DNA of 59,680 bases, counting the filler, from Sphacelaria rigidula (Eukaryota): the NCBI GenBank assembly GCA_964200075.2. It is 7 parts of 7 records of this genome, joined end to end, with 100 filler letters (N's around TTAATTAATTAA, not from the genome) between each part and the next. Parts side by side here need not be neighbours in the genome. Positions count along the whole stretch, not along the records: positions 17,082 to 25,521 come from CAXNAA020011122.1; positions 25,622 to 34,061 come from CAXNAA020011123.1; positions 34,162 to 42,601 come from CAXNAA020011124.1; positions 42,702 to 51,141 come from CAXNAA020011125.1; 3 more parts are not named here. The stretch is one strand, 5' to 3'. Of the stretch, positions 24,053-44,125 are shown piece by piece. A program made the position numbers and the translations under genes. Position 1 is the stretch's first letter; every line of letters begins with the position of its first letter. The notes beneath the pieces were generated by a model that worked only from the letters and a program-made list of their open reading frames with translations, searched no databases and was not told the DNA's origin.

Positions 24053-25457
24053 GGTGTAGAGGGTAGGATTTTTTTTTGTCGTTTTATAGGTCATGGGCGG
24101 CATTTTGTTTACGTTCTCGTGGACGACAAATAGTGTGTCCCGTTGAAGTTTCCTGTACTACCAGGCAAATGTAGAACTAGTCGACCTTTTGTATGCGGCA
24201 CAGAGTTTTAGCTAGTTCTTCGGAGCGTTGACCGCTGCGTCTTCTACACACACTGTGCTCCATGTCAGTAGGCCCTAGAGAGCTCGTACAATGTTTCACT
24301 ATTTTATCACATAATTTATCACCTGTAACTTTACGGGTACACAGCCTCTAGTAAACAGCAGTTAGGTAGCCACGAGAAGCGTTCGACAGATCAAAACGCC
24401 GAAATACTGTCTAGTATCAAACACTCCCGGCGTCCGGTCACCGATGGAGCCATGTCGCACAGAGGTATAAAAGGCACTTGGTGCATGGGGTATGGGGCAA
24501 TCTCGTGGATAGGATTGACCCACATGCTGTGGTTGGGGAGGTTGGCACTTGTTGGATTTTTTTCATCAGTGGTAGGTGCAAACTAGCGCATGCTTGGTTG
24601 ATGCTCGGTATGTTCTGAGTTTTAGGAGTAGAGAGTCGCATGCATCCAGCAGTCAAACAACCGCGTGTTTATGGTGTTCCGGCCCTGTGTGTGGTGACTT
24701 GTACTCCCCGCGTGGTTATGGAGAGTGGTACTGATGTGTTGTGTCGCTATATTTGCTGACCATTCACGTTTTGCTCATATTTTATGGGTAGTTTGGCCCA
24801 TAGAAACAGGGGAAAACTAGTACACGGAGCAGAAGCATATGGTCAAGTAGTTCTATATTAACCCAAGAGCTTGACTGAAGTTGCTCTAACTTGTCTCTCG
24901 CTGTGACGACGCCTTCATTGTTGTACAGTATACCATTCTAAGCGAAGCAGAAATTTCCTTCTAAATATATATATATATATATATATAAGTATACACACAT
25001 ATACAACGCGCTGCGTCAGACGGCGTTATAAGGTGGTAGTCGTCGATGCAAAGTGTCTTTAAATGGAGCGACATCGAGGAGAGGCCAGGGTTGGAAAAAA
25101 ATCATATTCCAAGGCTTCGACAAAAATATGTAAACTGGGGAACGGCGAATTGAGAAAACCTGTTTGCCAGCTTGAATGGCTAGCATTTGATTGAGTGTGA
25201 GCTTTTCAGTCCATTTTCGCTTGAAAAAGAAGTGAAAATGATGCCGATGCCACAAACGGAAATTTGGTGCCGCAGGTGCCCGTTTATGACATCGGTATTA
25301 TCTCACTTGAAAATTTATACTGCGTGACCCAAATTGTGAATCCTGGCGGCCAGAGGGTTACATCTCTGAAGAGTGTGTCGCTGGATACGAAATCCGAATT
25401 CAAACAAGCACCAACATTCCATTCTTGAGAATCACGGTGAGTTGACGGCCTACACTT

Positions 25458-25521
25458 GACAGTGTTTTCGTGAGATTGAGAGTAGATGATACGATTGAGA
25501 GTGAAAAGCGGTCAATCAGTG
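25458..25521 (+). mobile_element. Left end of a MITE (same family as 40171-40466), cut by the contig end
   Basis: cagtgttttcgtgagattgagagtagatgatacgattgagagtgaaaagcggtca is nearly identical to 40171-40225. Confidence 0.75.
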
Positions 25522-25621
25522 NNNNNNNNNNNNNNNNNNNNNNNNNNNNNNNNNNNNNNNNNNNNTTAATTAATTAANNNNNNNNNNNNNNNNNNNNNNN
25601 NNNNNNNNNNNNNNNNNNNNN

Positions 25622-25693
25622 CCGGGAATCGAACCCCCCAACTCAACCATCAGAAGGTTACGAGGTTACCAACTGAGCCACCGGGGCGACCGG
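25622..25693 (-). mobile_element. tRNA-like SINE head (Pol III A and B boxes), cut by the contig end
   Basis: Minus strand reads gccccggTGGCTCAGTTGGtaacctcgtaaccttctgatggttgagttggggGGTTCGATTCCcgg. Same head as at 27325-27390. Confidence 0.75.
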
Positions 25694-27029
25694 CTTGATG
25701 GCCTGGGTATGTCCCCGACGGGTTTCAATTCATATTCTTTAGAAGAAAATCAACCATGTGCTGTGCCCGTTCATCGTTTGATTTTAGAGTAGGCTATGTG
25801 AAACCTCCCATACAAGCTGTCTACTGCTCCGTAGCCACAACATATGGCCGACCCGTCGAATGTTGCTGATACCAACAAGCAGCTGGGAGATCATGCGAAA
25901 CCAGTGTGCGCGATAACTCCGATATGCAGCCATGGCAGAGGCTGCCACTCCTGCTTACCCCCTCCAGCGACGGTTGGCACGAGCGTGACCGACGGCACAA
26001 GTCGCGAGCAACTAATACGTACAGACTGGTGCGCACCTGGCTTGAGATGGCACATATTTCCCCTCATGTCGTGCCCCGTACTGTACTGTTCGCGGTGCAT
26101 GTATGCTCGTCTTTCGCCATCACTCTCCAAAACACGACATTGCTGCCCTGATTGGCAAATGACGCGCCAGTGCGGTACGGTGCAATGCGATTCTATGCTG
26201 TGCTGTGCTTCACTCCGCTGCGCTACCCCTCCCGCACTTCACTCCTGTCGTAGTACTGACTTTGACCGGCGAAGCATGCATAGACTGGATGCACTCTTTC
26301 GAATCCTCACAGGCTGCGTGGTTGATTTCGAGAATGCGCGTTATCTCTGCACAAATGACCAAGTAGTAGAACGCGCTCCTGGTCGTTCGTGAGGCTGGGG
26401 CCAAAAAGGCTGACACCATCACCCCCCATTCTACCATGCCCGGCCCTACTGCATGTATGTTTTTATGACACGTTGCCAGCGCGGGAGCAAAATTATTCCT
26501 ACACCAAACATGCGTGTGCTTTGCGTGTTCTTACACGCGTTCTTGTCTTGGTTTCAGGTTGAGGCGCATATTTCCCAGGATTTGAGAGGCGGGGAATGTG
26601 TAAAGCCCTGGCTATCTAGTGTTCTTCCCGTTCAAAATAACGAAGGTGGTCAAGAGAGGGGAAAAATCGAGGAGCCGGATCCACTTCAAACTGCCACGCT
26701 TCACAGCGTGAGATGTGCCGAGGTAAGAGGGGAATGCGTCCTTGGAAGAGTGTTGTCTACATCAGCCCGGAAACGTAGCGCCACAAACAACGTCCGTGAC
26801 TGAGGCGCGCGGGTGGCAAGGGATGTGTGTCACTGCGTAGTTCGGAAGGGCGCAATCAACGAAAAACATCCTCAAGTCGAATTCGCGACAAAATTGGCGC
26901 TAGGCTCCGAGCTGACGGTACCGTACAAACTGCACGACGCGAACCACGTCTCCAAAGTGCTGGAATATCGGTGGTCCATCCGTGAGAATTGAATATTGAA
27001 AACTGCTATATGTCGCATTGGGAGAGAAA

Positions 27030-27390
27030 GTGTGCGTGTGTTGTCGCCCCATCTATTCTGGACGCCGGTCTACACGTTTCGGCAAATGTGGGCGCACCAG
27101 CCGGGGTCACACACGAGGAAGGCCAACACAGTAGTTTTTTCTGTTTTTGTTTGTTTTTAGTTATCCCCTTTCCTTCTGCGGTACTTGCCTTTTTTGTTTT
27201 TCGCGAGAGGGGTTCAGCAGTCCCTTTCCCCCGTCGACCGCCAAGTCGAGCTTCGTGTACTCACGACATAGTCGCTGTCCAGTGTTGGGCATTGTGTGAA
27301 GTAAAAGCCCAGATCACTCCATCATTCGAACCCACGACCCAACCGTCAGAAAGTTTCGAGGTTACCAACTCAGCCACCGAGGCGACCGGT
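27030..27390 (-). mobile_element. Near full-length tRNA-derived SINE
   Basis: Minus strand has a tRNA-like head (ggtggctgagttggtaacc...gggttcgaat), a body shared with 8165-8430 and a short CA-rich tail. Confidence 0.8.
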
Positions 27391-28257
27391 CCTGAAAGTG
27401 ACAGGGCGAAACTCCACAAGAGGTCGATCAGGTGAATGTCGGCTGAAGCTCAGGATGATAAAGTAGGAGCCCGGTCAAAAGAATCAAGGGTTGATGCGAA
27501 TAAAAGACAAGACCAACCGCCCCCATCGTGCTCAACCTGTCGTGATGTCGGCTACCCAACCTCTGGTGCTGTTTGTCAGAGGACATTGTCCCCTTCCCGA
27601 ACAGCTTCACAGTGGTTCTGGACAGAAAATACAGCTTTTTCGACTCGGCTGTATGGCCACGTTTTGCGCGAGGCGGCGTGTACCCAAGGGCAGCAACCTC
27701 ATAGATGCGAAGAAGGCTGAACGGCGGTTATTTGTGTCACTGAGGGGGACGACCGATAGCCGGGCCGAGTTTAGCGACAATACTGGCAAGATCTGCCGCT
27801 GCTTCCGCGCAGGTTTGAAGTCGCACCGTGTATAATTCTCATCAGAAAGTGAAAACGCTTCCGAAAATCATCATTTTAACCCACGCAGCGTACGAACGCC
27901 GTGGGTCGCCGAAACGTTTGCATCACTGCCCACCTGCGGCCCTCAACCTACAAATACGTGCATTTTCGGCATCATAAAACGTCAGGTGCCACGTTTGGGC
28001 ACCTAACCTCGCAGAATACCGGCTACTTTTTCATGAAGAGGAATTACTCTGAACGAATCATCGAGGTCGTCCGCTTCATTTTTCGCAACAATTTCTTCTT
28101 CGCTTCGGCTAGGACAGGTGTAACGGCGCCACCTATTTGCAGGTGATTGATTGATTGATTGTCGCACTTCAACTGACCCTCCAGGGGTCCAGCCGTGGTC
28201 TCACGATTTTCGGAACAATTTCTTCTTCGCTTTGGCTGGGAAAGGTGTAACGGCGCC

Positions 28258-28609
28258 ACCTATCCGCAGGTTGGGTATGCAAATAACGGCGAGCAGGTCG
28301 CGAACGCCTCCAGAGCCAAATCCGCAAGAAACCCAATTTTAGGTGCTGAACACTCTAAACAACGATCGTACTCCACAGCAACTCACAGCACGGCAGTAGC
28401 ACCGAACAGATTTTTTGTTGTTGTAGGGCAGTATACCGTTACCGTAGGCGGCGATGAGTTATCTGCTCGACATTACCGGGTATAATCAAGCGAATCGTTT
28501 TTTCTTGAAGCACCTTGTTGAGGCAAAAACTCAAAGAACAAAAAGAATGTTGATGCAACGGCGTCATAGACAACAGGTCATCAGCTGAGTGCTCAAAACA
28601 CAATCCTGC

Positions 28610-28644
<35 letters not shown>

Positions 28645-29391
28645 TTACGTAGCCACAAGTGTCCACACCCGCCGCTGCCTATGCACGGGAAAACAGTGTA
28701 CGCGGGCAGATGACATGTTCGTGGATACTGCGGTACTCTGAGTACTATACGACACACGGCCGCATACACGCAACAAGAGAGGAGTGGACGTGTGAAATCA
28801 CACCATCATTGTAATACGAGTAACGTTACGTTGTCTGCTGTCTGCCGTTCGGACTGTACACTCTGTACAGCGGACAACAGGCAACAGCAGTACAGTAGTA
28901 TTATATTGCACAGGGCTTTTTGTGCTCTTTCCAGTTGACAAGTGGTGCGATACAGGAACATTCCTACTACTCGTGCTGCCGCCTCGATAGCCTGTACAGT
29001 ACAGTGCACAGACAGCGTGGTGTCTTACACAACAACAGTGGATCAAGCGGTATTCTCGATAGCGAGCAGCTGATGCGTATACAGTCTTTGCGTTCAGAGG
29101 ATCCATTCGATCGAGCATGCGTGGTGCTTGGTTGACCAAAAATCCAATACGACAGTTGACTTGTCAATATCGAGTGGAGAGCTCATCGCCGCCTACGTAT
29201 GTGGTCTCCTGTCCTACGACAATATCCTTTCTTGCCCGCCCTGCTGTAGACTGCGGTGGAGTGCGACTGACCGTTGTTTCGTGTGTGCAGCATTTCGATT
29301 TGAAATTGGGTTCATTGTGGATTTGGATCTGGAGGCGTTGGCGACCTGCGCAGTCTTATTTGCGTACTGTCAGTACCACCTGCAAATAGGT
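28258..29391. repeat. Diverged ~90-bp inverted repeats about 1 kb apart (possible old MITE or fold-back)
   Basis: gcaggtcgcgaacgcctccagagccaaatccgcaagaaacccaattt (28293-28339) matches the reverse complement of aaattgggttcattgtggatttggatctggaggcgttggcgacctgc (29303-29349). There is also a direct duplication 28082-28144 / 28208-28271. Confidence 0.65.
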
Positions 29392-29429
29392 CGCGCAAAG
29401 GGTAACAGGTGAGGTTCACGAGTAGTTGT

Positions 29430-29678
29430 GGGCATCCCAGACCAGCTCGCAGGTGGGTCAGGACATGCACATGTTTTTGTTGATACCTGTATAATTTTCA
29501 CAGTCAAAAACATAAACCTGTACTTCTCTGGGATGTACACAACTCCACAATTATGCATGTGATGTATGAGACGCAGCCTCTGAGGGGGCATCCCAGACCA
29601 GCTCGCAGGTGGGGCAGGACATGCACATGTTCTTGGTGATACCTGTATAATTTTCACAGTCAAAGACATAAACCTGTA
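29430..29678 (+). repeat. Direct duplication of a ~92-bp unit (29430-29522 and 29586-29678)
   Basis: gggcatcccagaccagctcgcaggtggg...gatacctgtataattttcacagtcaaa.acataaacctgta occurs twice. Confidence 0.9.
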
Positions 29679-29994
29679 TGTCCATAAAACTCATCTCACC
29701 TTACGAATCAGCCCTGAACGCGGAGAGAAGACCGCAGGGAAGGAATGGGAAGAGAAAGTCCGCTAGACTGACGACTGTGGTGACCGATACAAGGAAGGTG
29801 GCTCTACGGTGCAGACATGAGGTACGCCGTAAACACAAGTAAGTAATAAATGCATTGAATTAAATTATACAAACATGTGGTCATTTTCTGCGTTACGAAT
29901 GCCAAAAACTCCCGGAGTTTTTGTTTAATTCGTCATACCTTAGTGCATCGGGGCGAGCTTTGTGCCGCAGCAGTAAGGGAGAGCAAGGTGCACG

Positions 29995-30072
29995 ATGGCG
30001 GCTGTGATCCTCAAGTATGCACATGCAGTGAAGACGTTTGGCTGGAGGGACACCCTCATCAAAATGTACACT
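29995..30072 (+). CDS. NDUFA12: Probable first coding exon of mitochondrial complex I subunit NDUFA12 (B17.2)
   Basis: ATG...MAAVILKYAHAVKTFGWRDTLIKMYT is followed by a canonical GTGAGT donor and resembles the N-terminus of stramenopile NDUFA12 (recalled, not searched). The expected next exon (GDVKFG.LVG.D..GN.YY) is not found in this contig. Confidence 0.6.
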
Positions 30073-33000
30073 GTGAGTCTGCAGTTTTCAGTTCACTGCC
30101 GACGTTACATTTTGTGTGCTGTTTCCATCGTTCAGTGTATTCTGGGCACACAAGCTGCGACCACGTTTGATGCTCCCGTCGAAAACATGGTCATAGAGGC
30201 AGGCCTAGGTAGCACACAAGCTCCGACATACATCAGCGCAGGTCTTTCAAAAGGAAAGGGGTGCAGATCATACCCTCCGACGCTTCCAACCTTTGGGTTT
30301 TATGACCGCGCACTTTTCACAGCTGCTTTTGCTGCACCAGCAGTCATGCCCAAAACTTGTCAGAACTCGTGTCTCTTCACGCGGGGCAGTTATGTTTGTT
30401 TTTGCGACAGTGGACGAGAGGTGGAATGATCGAATGATCTGCAAAGCTGCCGCATTTAGTCTGTAGACTAGCCGCTAGCCGAGGAGCCTTGAATATATCC
30501 ACCTGAGAGCACAAATCGATAGACAGTCAAGAACGGTACCGTCGGGCAAGTATATCCCTGTGTACTATGTACGCCTGAAACATGTCAGCTCAACTGATGC
30601 TACCACTGTTGTCCTGTGATTCACTTGTCCTCATGATAAGACAAGTATACTTCGACGTCGCCAATAATACGGTTGCTCTGTGCTGCCGGTCGCTTGCTGT
30701 GACGGTAGTAGTGGGGTTCGAGCCCCTGGTGCGCCTTCGAGCTACCCTTTCGTGCCAGTACGATACACTATGGCGCAAGGCGACTTTGTCCAGCAATAGC
30801 TATCAGCATATCTGTACGCCGTTGCGTCCACTGCCCCTTGCCCTGACACCCCAAGGTATGCGGTGTGTACTTCATGGATGCCGTGAGACCCTGTCTTGTC
30901 GAGACCAAAGTGGAGGCGGCAAAACGAAGCAAGCGCCCAAAAGCAGCATCTTGATTGATCGCCGGGCGGGTCTGTGGTTGCGGTGACCAGCCAAACATAT
31001 AGCATTTGGACGCTTCTTGTTTCCATTTCCCGCATCTGTTTTTGGTCTCTGTAAGACGCGGCCTTACTGTTGAATTGATCGATTGATTTGTCACATTATT
31101 ACGCACTCCAGACGAACGATTAAATTGTATAAATAAATGTGCCGCGTATAGCATAGAATCTACTGTCTCGAAAAAATTGTTATCCTTCCATTCAACCCTT
31201 TTGGAACTCACGATGGAAAATTGATCATTCAGTTTGACGGTTTTTGAGCAAGATATGGTTGATGGTCCACAGCTTAGACGCAACAATTTTGGCCCAACGC
31301 GTATTTTTCAGACCGCGCGGCAAGCCTATGTGAAGCATATTTTCCGCCTGACCTGCACGCCCTTCCCGCTGCAGTTTATACACTTCACAGCGTCATAGCA
31401 ACAAGGGCAACGCCGATGGCACATTCGCCATATTTATGAACTGGCAGTGTAATACAATCCCAGGCAGTCACCTTTCCATGCCGCCGGGGGTGCTGCGACA
31501 CTGCCCTGTACAGTACTGGGCGTGTTTACAGCAGTTTGGGGTAACCTCGACTGCAGACTCACGTCATGCACGACATCGCGCTCATGTACCTTCCAACAGC
31601 ACCATCCCGCCGTTTGAAAAAATGCGTAAAGGCGACGCAGACGCCATTTGCCCTGCAGTTTTGCACCGTCACTGTGGTGTAGAGTCTGCCTAGTGCCGTC
31701 GCCCCAGGGGTGATGCCTTGCTGATTCGTGTCATGTCTGTATTATATTTTGAGAACATCTCTGTAGAACGCAAGGCATGTACAAAACTGCGCTCTTCCAA
31801 GCACGTGCCGACAACATCATACTGCGGGTTAACTAATACACAACGGCGTAGCGAAAGGCACAGTCGCCCCACCACATATATACCGCCGGTTCGGCGTTCC
31901 CGACCACTGCACCGACATACTTCATCCTGCATGAGATGTATGACGCCGGCTACCGCTATCGTCTCGTCCCGTCTACTTTCGTGGCCGACTTTTCACATGC
32001 TTATATTTATCCTGCACAGAGTGTGGCCGCAAGTCAATACTATAACCGACTGTATTTACTGACAGTAGTATTTTTCATCTGGCCTGATTACGGTAGGCGG
32101 TGCCCGTTGGCTCCCACCCGTGTGCATGTATGTCGCCTATGCGGACGCCTGCGATTACACCCGCCATGTACCGCCCGCACAACCCACTGTGCCTTCCACA
32201 TTTGGTGACGAGATTTCGCTGGGTTCAGCCATACTATGCTGTATGTACGGTGTGGTTCGGTAAACTCGCCACCCGATGCTGCAGCCCGTCAAAGCGGGGC
32301 TTCCCTTATCTGCAAATGTTAATATACAAACGTGCCTGGTTGGACCCTGGAGCCCATTGCTGTTTTTTTAGTACAATGTTTCATAGTGGTTTTGCTAATT
32401 ATTGTCGACGAATACAATTGGACACACTTCATCCGTTGCGTGATATGATTGGACAAACCTTACCCAAATTCTCTAGGGAAGACATTCTTCTCCGGTCTTC
32501 CATTATAAAAATCGTTGCCGCCGGCCTATTTTATTTCCATGTTTTCCTCTTCGTCAGGGCTTCTCATAATAAGTCGTTTGGCCAGGAGACGGGAGGGGAG
32601 GGTTCCAAAAAGGTTAAAGACGGTAGAAAAAACGCAGGGGGATCTCACGGAATGGGACGAGACGGGAACCCCTGTTCCATCCTCACGGAGGAAAAATCCC
32701 GATATTTTACACGGGAATTCCCACCCAATCTGACTGACTCTTGAGTATATCTTGGCACGTGCGGCGTGTTAGAGAACATGGTTTCGACAGGTTCAACGCT
32801 CGGGATCCGGTCTCTAGCACACGGCCCATTCAACTCATTCCCACTATTCATTTGTCGTATCCCACCTGAACGGATGAACGGTTACGATCATCGTGACCAG
32901 TACATGCCCGCTATTCCAAAGCTAAAGCTTTGTTTGCAATCGACAAGCCAAGCCAGAGTGCGCGGAGTTACTCTGTGGATCTCGCTCGTGCGGACCAGTA

Positions 33001-33414
33001 TATCAGCAGATCGAGGACGAGAATACGTTGTCAATTGGCAATGAGGTGCAGGATGTAACGGGAGAACTGCTGTGAGGATCAACAGCATCTGAGAACAAAG
33101 CATCGTCAGCGACAGTGCTGTAGTTCCTGGGAGGGCTACTGGCTCGTTAACCCCTTGTCCACGAGGGTAGGTCGTCTGGAATATATATATATATATACAT
33201 ATGAAATTGATGCCGATTCAGCGGATGGGCTATGCTTGCGCTGAGAGGGTTCATCCCGTGAACGGCGAGAATAGACCCTACGTCGAATTGGCACCAATTT
33301 CACTTGAAAGAAGTATGTCCGGACGGGTTACCCTCCCAATCTAAGGGTTAACCCTTCTTAGACAGCGACCCCCGCCCCTCCCCCGCGGGTCAATTGAAAT
33401 GGACTATGCCACAT

Positions 33415-33467
33415 TTGGGGGGCGGGGGTGTACTCATTTGTTGCCTATCTTGGCCGTTTGACCATTG
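33415..33467 (-). repeat. Solo LINE 3'-tail fragment (type A) with C-rich end
   Basis: Reverse complement reads caatggtcaaacggccaagataggcaacaaatgagtacacccccgcccccc. Confidence 0.7.
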
Positions 33468-34640
33468 ATCAGTAGAGTACAGTCTCGGGGAGGGGGGCTT
33501 ACACCGTGTGAATCTCGGAACAATTAACAATGCTAAAAAAACATCATCCCTCGGATGATGTTTTGTTACACAGTAACATTTCCCCCTAGAGTCTTACCAA
33601 CTCCGACACCCTTCAAATCGGAAGAAAATAAAAAGCGTGGTTGCTACCTGTACATATGAATCTTGTTTCCAACATATCATCCAGGCAACAAAATAAGTAC
33701 ACTCTCAAACAAAATGTAAATGCATCTGTATATAGTATGCACCTATCCCTGGGCGCTGCCTCTGCGCCACGGCTTCGAAGAAGCATTCACCCTTCTTGCC
33801 GAGAAAAGCAACAAGTGTTAAAAAACTCACCTGTCGATGATGAATAGTTTATAAGTGGTTCGGGTACGTCGGGTCAGGCGCAGGCCACGGTACACCCTGG
33901 ATTACCCGATATTTTGAGCAGACGATACCCTTGAACTTTGTGAAGTACTCGGTACTTCAGAGTCACACTACAGTAGTCAGCGTCAGAAGTATGCGGAATC
34001 CGTAATTTCTTAGTTTCTCGAAGATTGTCCAACTTTGTTTTGCTTGCCACCGCTCATCACANNNNNNNNNNNNNNNNNNNNNNNNNNNNNNNNNNNNNNN
34101 NNNNNTTAATTAATTAANNNNNNNNNNNNNNNNNNNNNNNNNNNNNNNNNNNNNNNNNNNNCCCAACTCGTCTGTGTCGTTGAGATATCGCTTTGAGAGC
34201 TTAAATCCGTTTTTAGGCTGGCCCAGCTCGTGTAACTTTTCTGTTCTTGGTGATCATGATGTGTTTTTGGGCCCTTGCGCTGCTGGACGTGAAAGTGGGC
34301 GTGGGCTCCAAGCCGTGTACAGTAGCACGAAGCAGACATGTTTCCCTCAGGACGGGTGTCGAATGGAAACATGCATCGTCAGGAATGGCCCTCACGACGA
34401 AATACAAGGTTTCAGAGGGTTTCAACTTGCCATATGGGCGCATCCCGTAACAAGGCCATCAATCTTCGTCAGCACCGTGGTCGAACTGAACAAGACTCCG
34501 TTAACTCGCTCTCATATCCTTGCCTTGCTTTAGGGTGTCTCATGGAGAATGAGCTGACCTTTCCTGATATTTCCTACCGCACTAGTGGCTGAACTTCTAA
34601 AATGATACAACGTGGTGCGCACCAAATATACTGCCCGCAG

Positions 34641-41425
<6,785 letters not shown>

Positions 41426-42330
41426 TAGCTTCCTGTATCTATTTCCCCGTAATGCAGGGCGGTTTCATTTCGTGAAACATGCGAAGCGATGTGATCGCTG
41501 GGTGCTGTTGTGGATACCTGGACAAGCAGTTCGTGACGAAGAAAAAACATCACACGTGTCGTCGAACTTGTTCACATTCACGATACCATCAGATGGATGG
41601 CACCGTATGCTTGGTGAATGTTCTCGTGAGATTTTCCCGTCCCGTCCCGTCCTGATGGCAGCGGGTGTGTAACGCCCCCCGGAACAAACCACGGTGAGCC
41701 ATAAAAGGATGCGACGATGCTTGCATACGATTACGAAGAAATTATTACCTGTTTCGAGGTACTACATCCGAGACTACCAGCAGTTTGAATAGACTCATGG
41801 CAACGGGAAAGCGGTCCCGTCGCGTGGCCTCTGGGGTGACAAGAATTATCGTGTCGTATTGTCCCCAAGTTTCGTGACAAGGCCGTTAATATTTAGGGAT
41901 CGTGACCGTTCACCTGTCAATGTGAAATGGAAGGTGCTGTGGGAGAGACTAGCGAAAAATCAAAAACATGTTCCCGCATCCCACATGTACAAATGTATAC
42001 TCAACAGCCACTATGCGGAGTCTATATTTGAAAATGAATTCACTGTATCCCATGTTTTATTATTTGGAACACACTGTACGCACCACCACCGATAAGAGAG
42101 TCTCCTCGGAAATGAGGCTGAACATTAAAGCGAGGTTCAACTCCAAGACAGTGCTTTCCCTGACCTTATATCTTGACAAATATCACGGGATTTTACAGAT
42201 CAGGGATGGTATTGTTTCGAGGATTAGAAACTCGGAGAAGTGAAATCTTCGTGTGCACACCAAATCTTCGAAATGTGGTTTAATTTCTTCACTCGCTGGT
42301 AGCTATTGACTACCACTCCACGCCAAACAA

Positions 42331-42470
42331 TTTGGATTTCGATAACCGAAATATTGGGGTCCTAGGTGAAGAAACAATTTTTGGGAGTTTCGGCGATCTG
42401 ATCGGAACATCGAAATTCCCCAAAATTGTTTCTCCACCTAGGACACCAACATACCGGTAATCAGGATCCA
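42331..42470. repeat. ~140-bp imperfect palindrome (fold-back)
   Basis: ttggggtcctaggtgaagaaacaatttttgggagtttcg pairs with cgaaattccccaaaattgtttctccacctaggacaccaa, centred near 42401, and pairing extends outward to ttggat/atccaa. Confidence 0.88.
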
Positions 42471-43909
42471 AGGTCGTATGGCGTGCAGTAGTCGTCAATA
42501 GCTACGAGACTAATGCCGAGATAGCCCCCCCGCAAAAAGTCCACCGGCAACATCCAACGAACCGGCTGCGATCCCACTATTGGGCTCGTTTGCAGCAATT
42601 TNNNNNNNNNNNNNNNNNNNNNNNNNNNNNNNNNNNNNNNNNNNNTTAATTAATTAANNNNNNNNNNNNNNNNNNNNNNNNNNNNNNNNNNNNNNNNNNN
42701 NCTTGAGAGTCGTTTGAATTTGGTGGATGAAGTTGAGATGAATCATCTGTTTAGCTTTCATACCCGTTGCAAACTTCGGTCGGGAGGAAGTACCGTAGCA
42801 ACGAAAGCGAGCTATGCTCGGGTTTGCCTGCCGTACTACTGACAGCGTTGCGTGAAAGCCACAAGACCTTTGCTGTTGGCGGTTGATGGCGTTGGTCTCA
42901 AATGCAACGACAATTGGTTAATCGTAGAGCACTCTCGTCCCAGCTTGTGATGCGTGACCTCCTCAACTCGGAATAGTTCTGGAAATCTACTCGTACCGTA
43001 CCGAGGTAGGTGTTCACGCGACCAGCGTGTGCTCTAGATTGCAGCATGGACGAACTCCTATGCGCCACACTAGCAACAGTTAGGTCAACACCACACGTAT
43101 CTTTTTCCACTCCACATGTGAAACAAATCTCTACAAGTGTTATATGTCTAATACACCCCCCTCAACTGGCGTGTGGCACGTTGTCCTCGTCGGGATCCAG
43201 AGGATCAGATGTGGGTAAAATCAACGATGAGTAACACCCCCCAAGTTCAAATCGGATATATCCGTTGTTTTCGCCGCACCACCCCCCGTGCTGGCATGTG
43301 TGTGACAGAGAACAGTAGTAGCTGTGACGGGAACATTGCCCTGTTTTTCAACGACGTGTTTTTCAGCACACAGACGCGTGTCCTGTCCAATAGGAGAGGC
43401 AGACAGAAATCGATCTTCGCATTCGTGAGCTCGACAGGCAGTTGTAAGACGAGAACAAATCTCTCCGCAGCTCGATGTTCTGGCACATGGAAAATTGGGC
43501 ACATCATGCTGGTAACATCGATGATGCCAGTCGCTCGAGAGTTTGGTAATCGCCGAGCGAGGACACACAGAGGACACGCGCGAGGAGCTTCCTCTCTGTC
43601 GTTGCTTCTCTCTCTGGCGAGATCGTCATCGACACGCGGCTACACCACATTCGTTAGGTGCACCTAGTCACAGCTGTTGAACTGCTGCTGACATTTGGGG
43701 GGGCAGATGGCTTCGCTCGGTCGTAAGTGTTTCGCGTGATCCCTGCAAACAGAAATGTCACGTCAGCCTCAATTTTGAGATGGATCCCATTTCTCAGGAT
43801 CCACTGTTACATAACATTCAAAGATCTACCATTTTTTACTTGAGGACACGTATTGCGGTATTCCGCAATGGTACGGCGTTGTTATCTCCTAAGAAACAAC
43901 TCCGAAATG

Positions 43910-44125
43910 CCACTACAAATATTTGGCCGAGGTTTGGTAACTGTTTTTAAAATGCAGATACTTGACAACGTTTGGGCAGGTTGTTCTGAGTGAGCAGATA
44001 TCTGCCCATGTTTTGGACAGATACTCCGAAGTGAACATATATCTGACATCGGTTTGGCAAGCGTTTCCTAAGTGAAAGGACATGTGACACCGTTCGGGCT
44101 GTTCTGAATTGAACAGATTGTTGAT
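43910..44125 (+). repeat. Degenerate ~41-bp minisatellite, about 5 units
   Basis: Recurrent ga(a/g)ca(g/t)atatctg.ca...tttgg.....tt.(t/c)..agt units. Confidence 0.6.

Noticed and set aside
25622-25690. tRNA gene
   Set aside because: It has A/B boxes but no clean anticodon arm, and the same head is attached to the SINE body at 27030-27390.
25844-27720. Possible plus-strand multi-exon gene (patches near 26312, 26558 and 27454)
   Set aside because: Splice-like signals exist but there is no recognisable domain, so support is too weak to call.
43910-44125. CRISPR-like array
   Set aside because: The units are degenerate contiguous repeats without unique spacers, the context is eukaryotic, and there are no cas genes.
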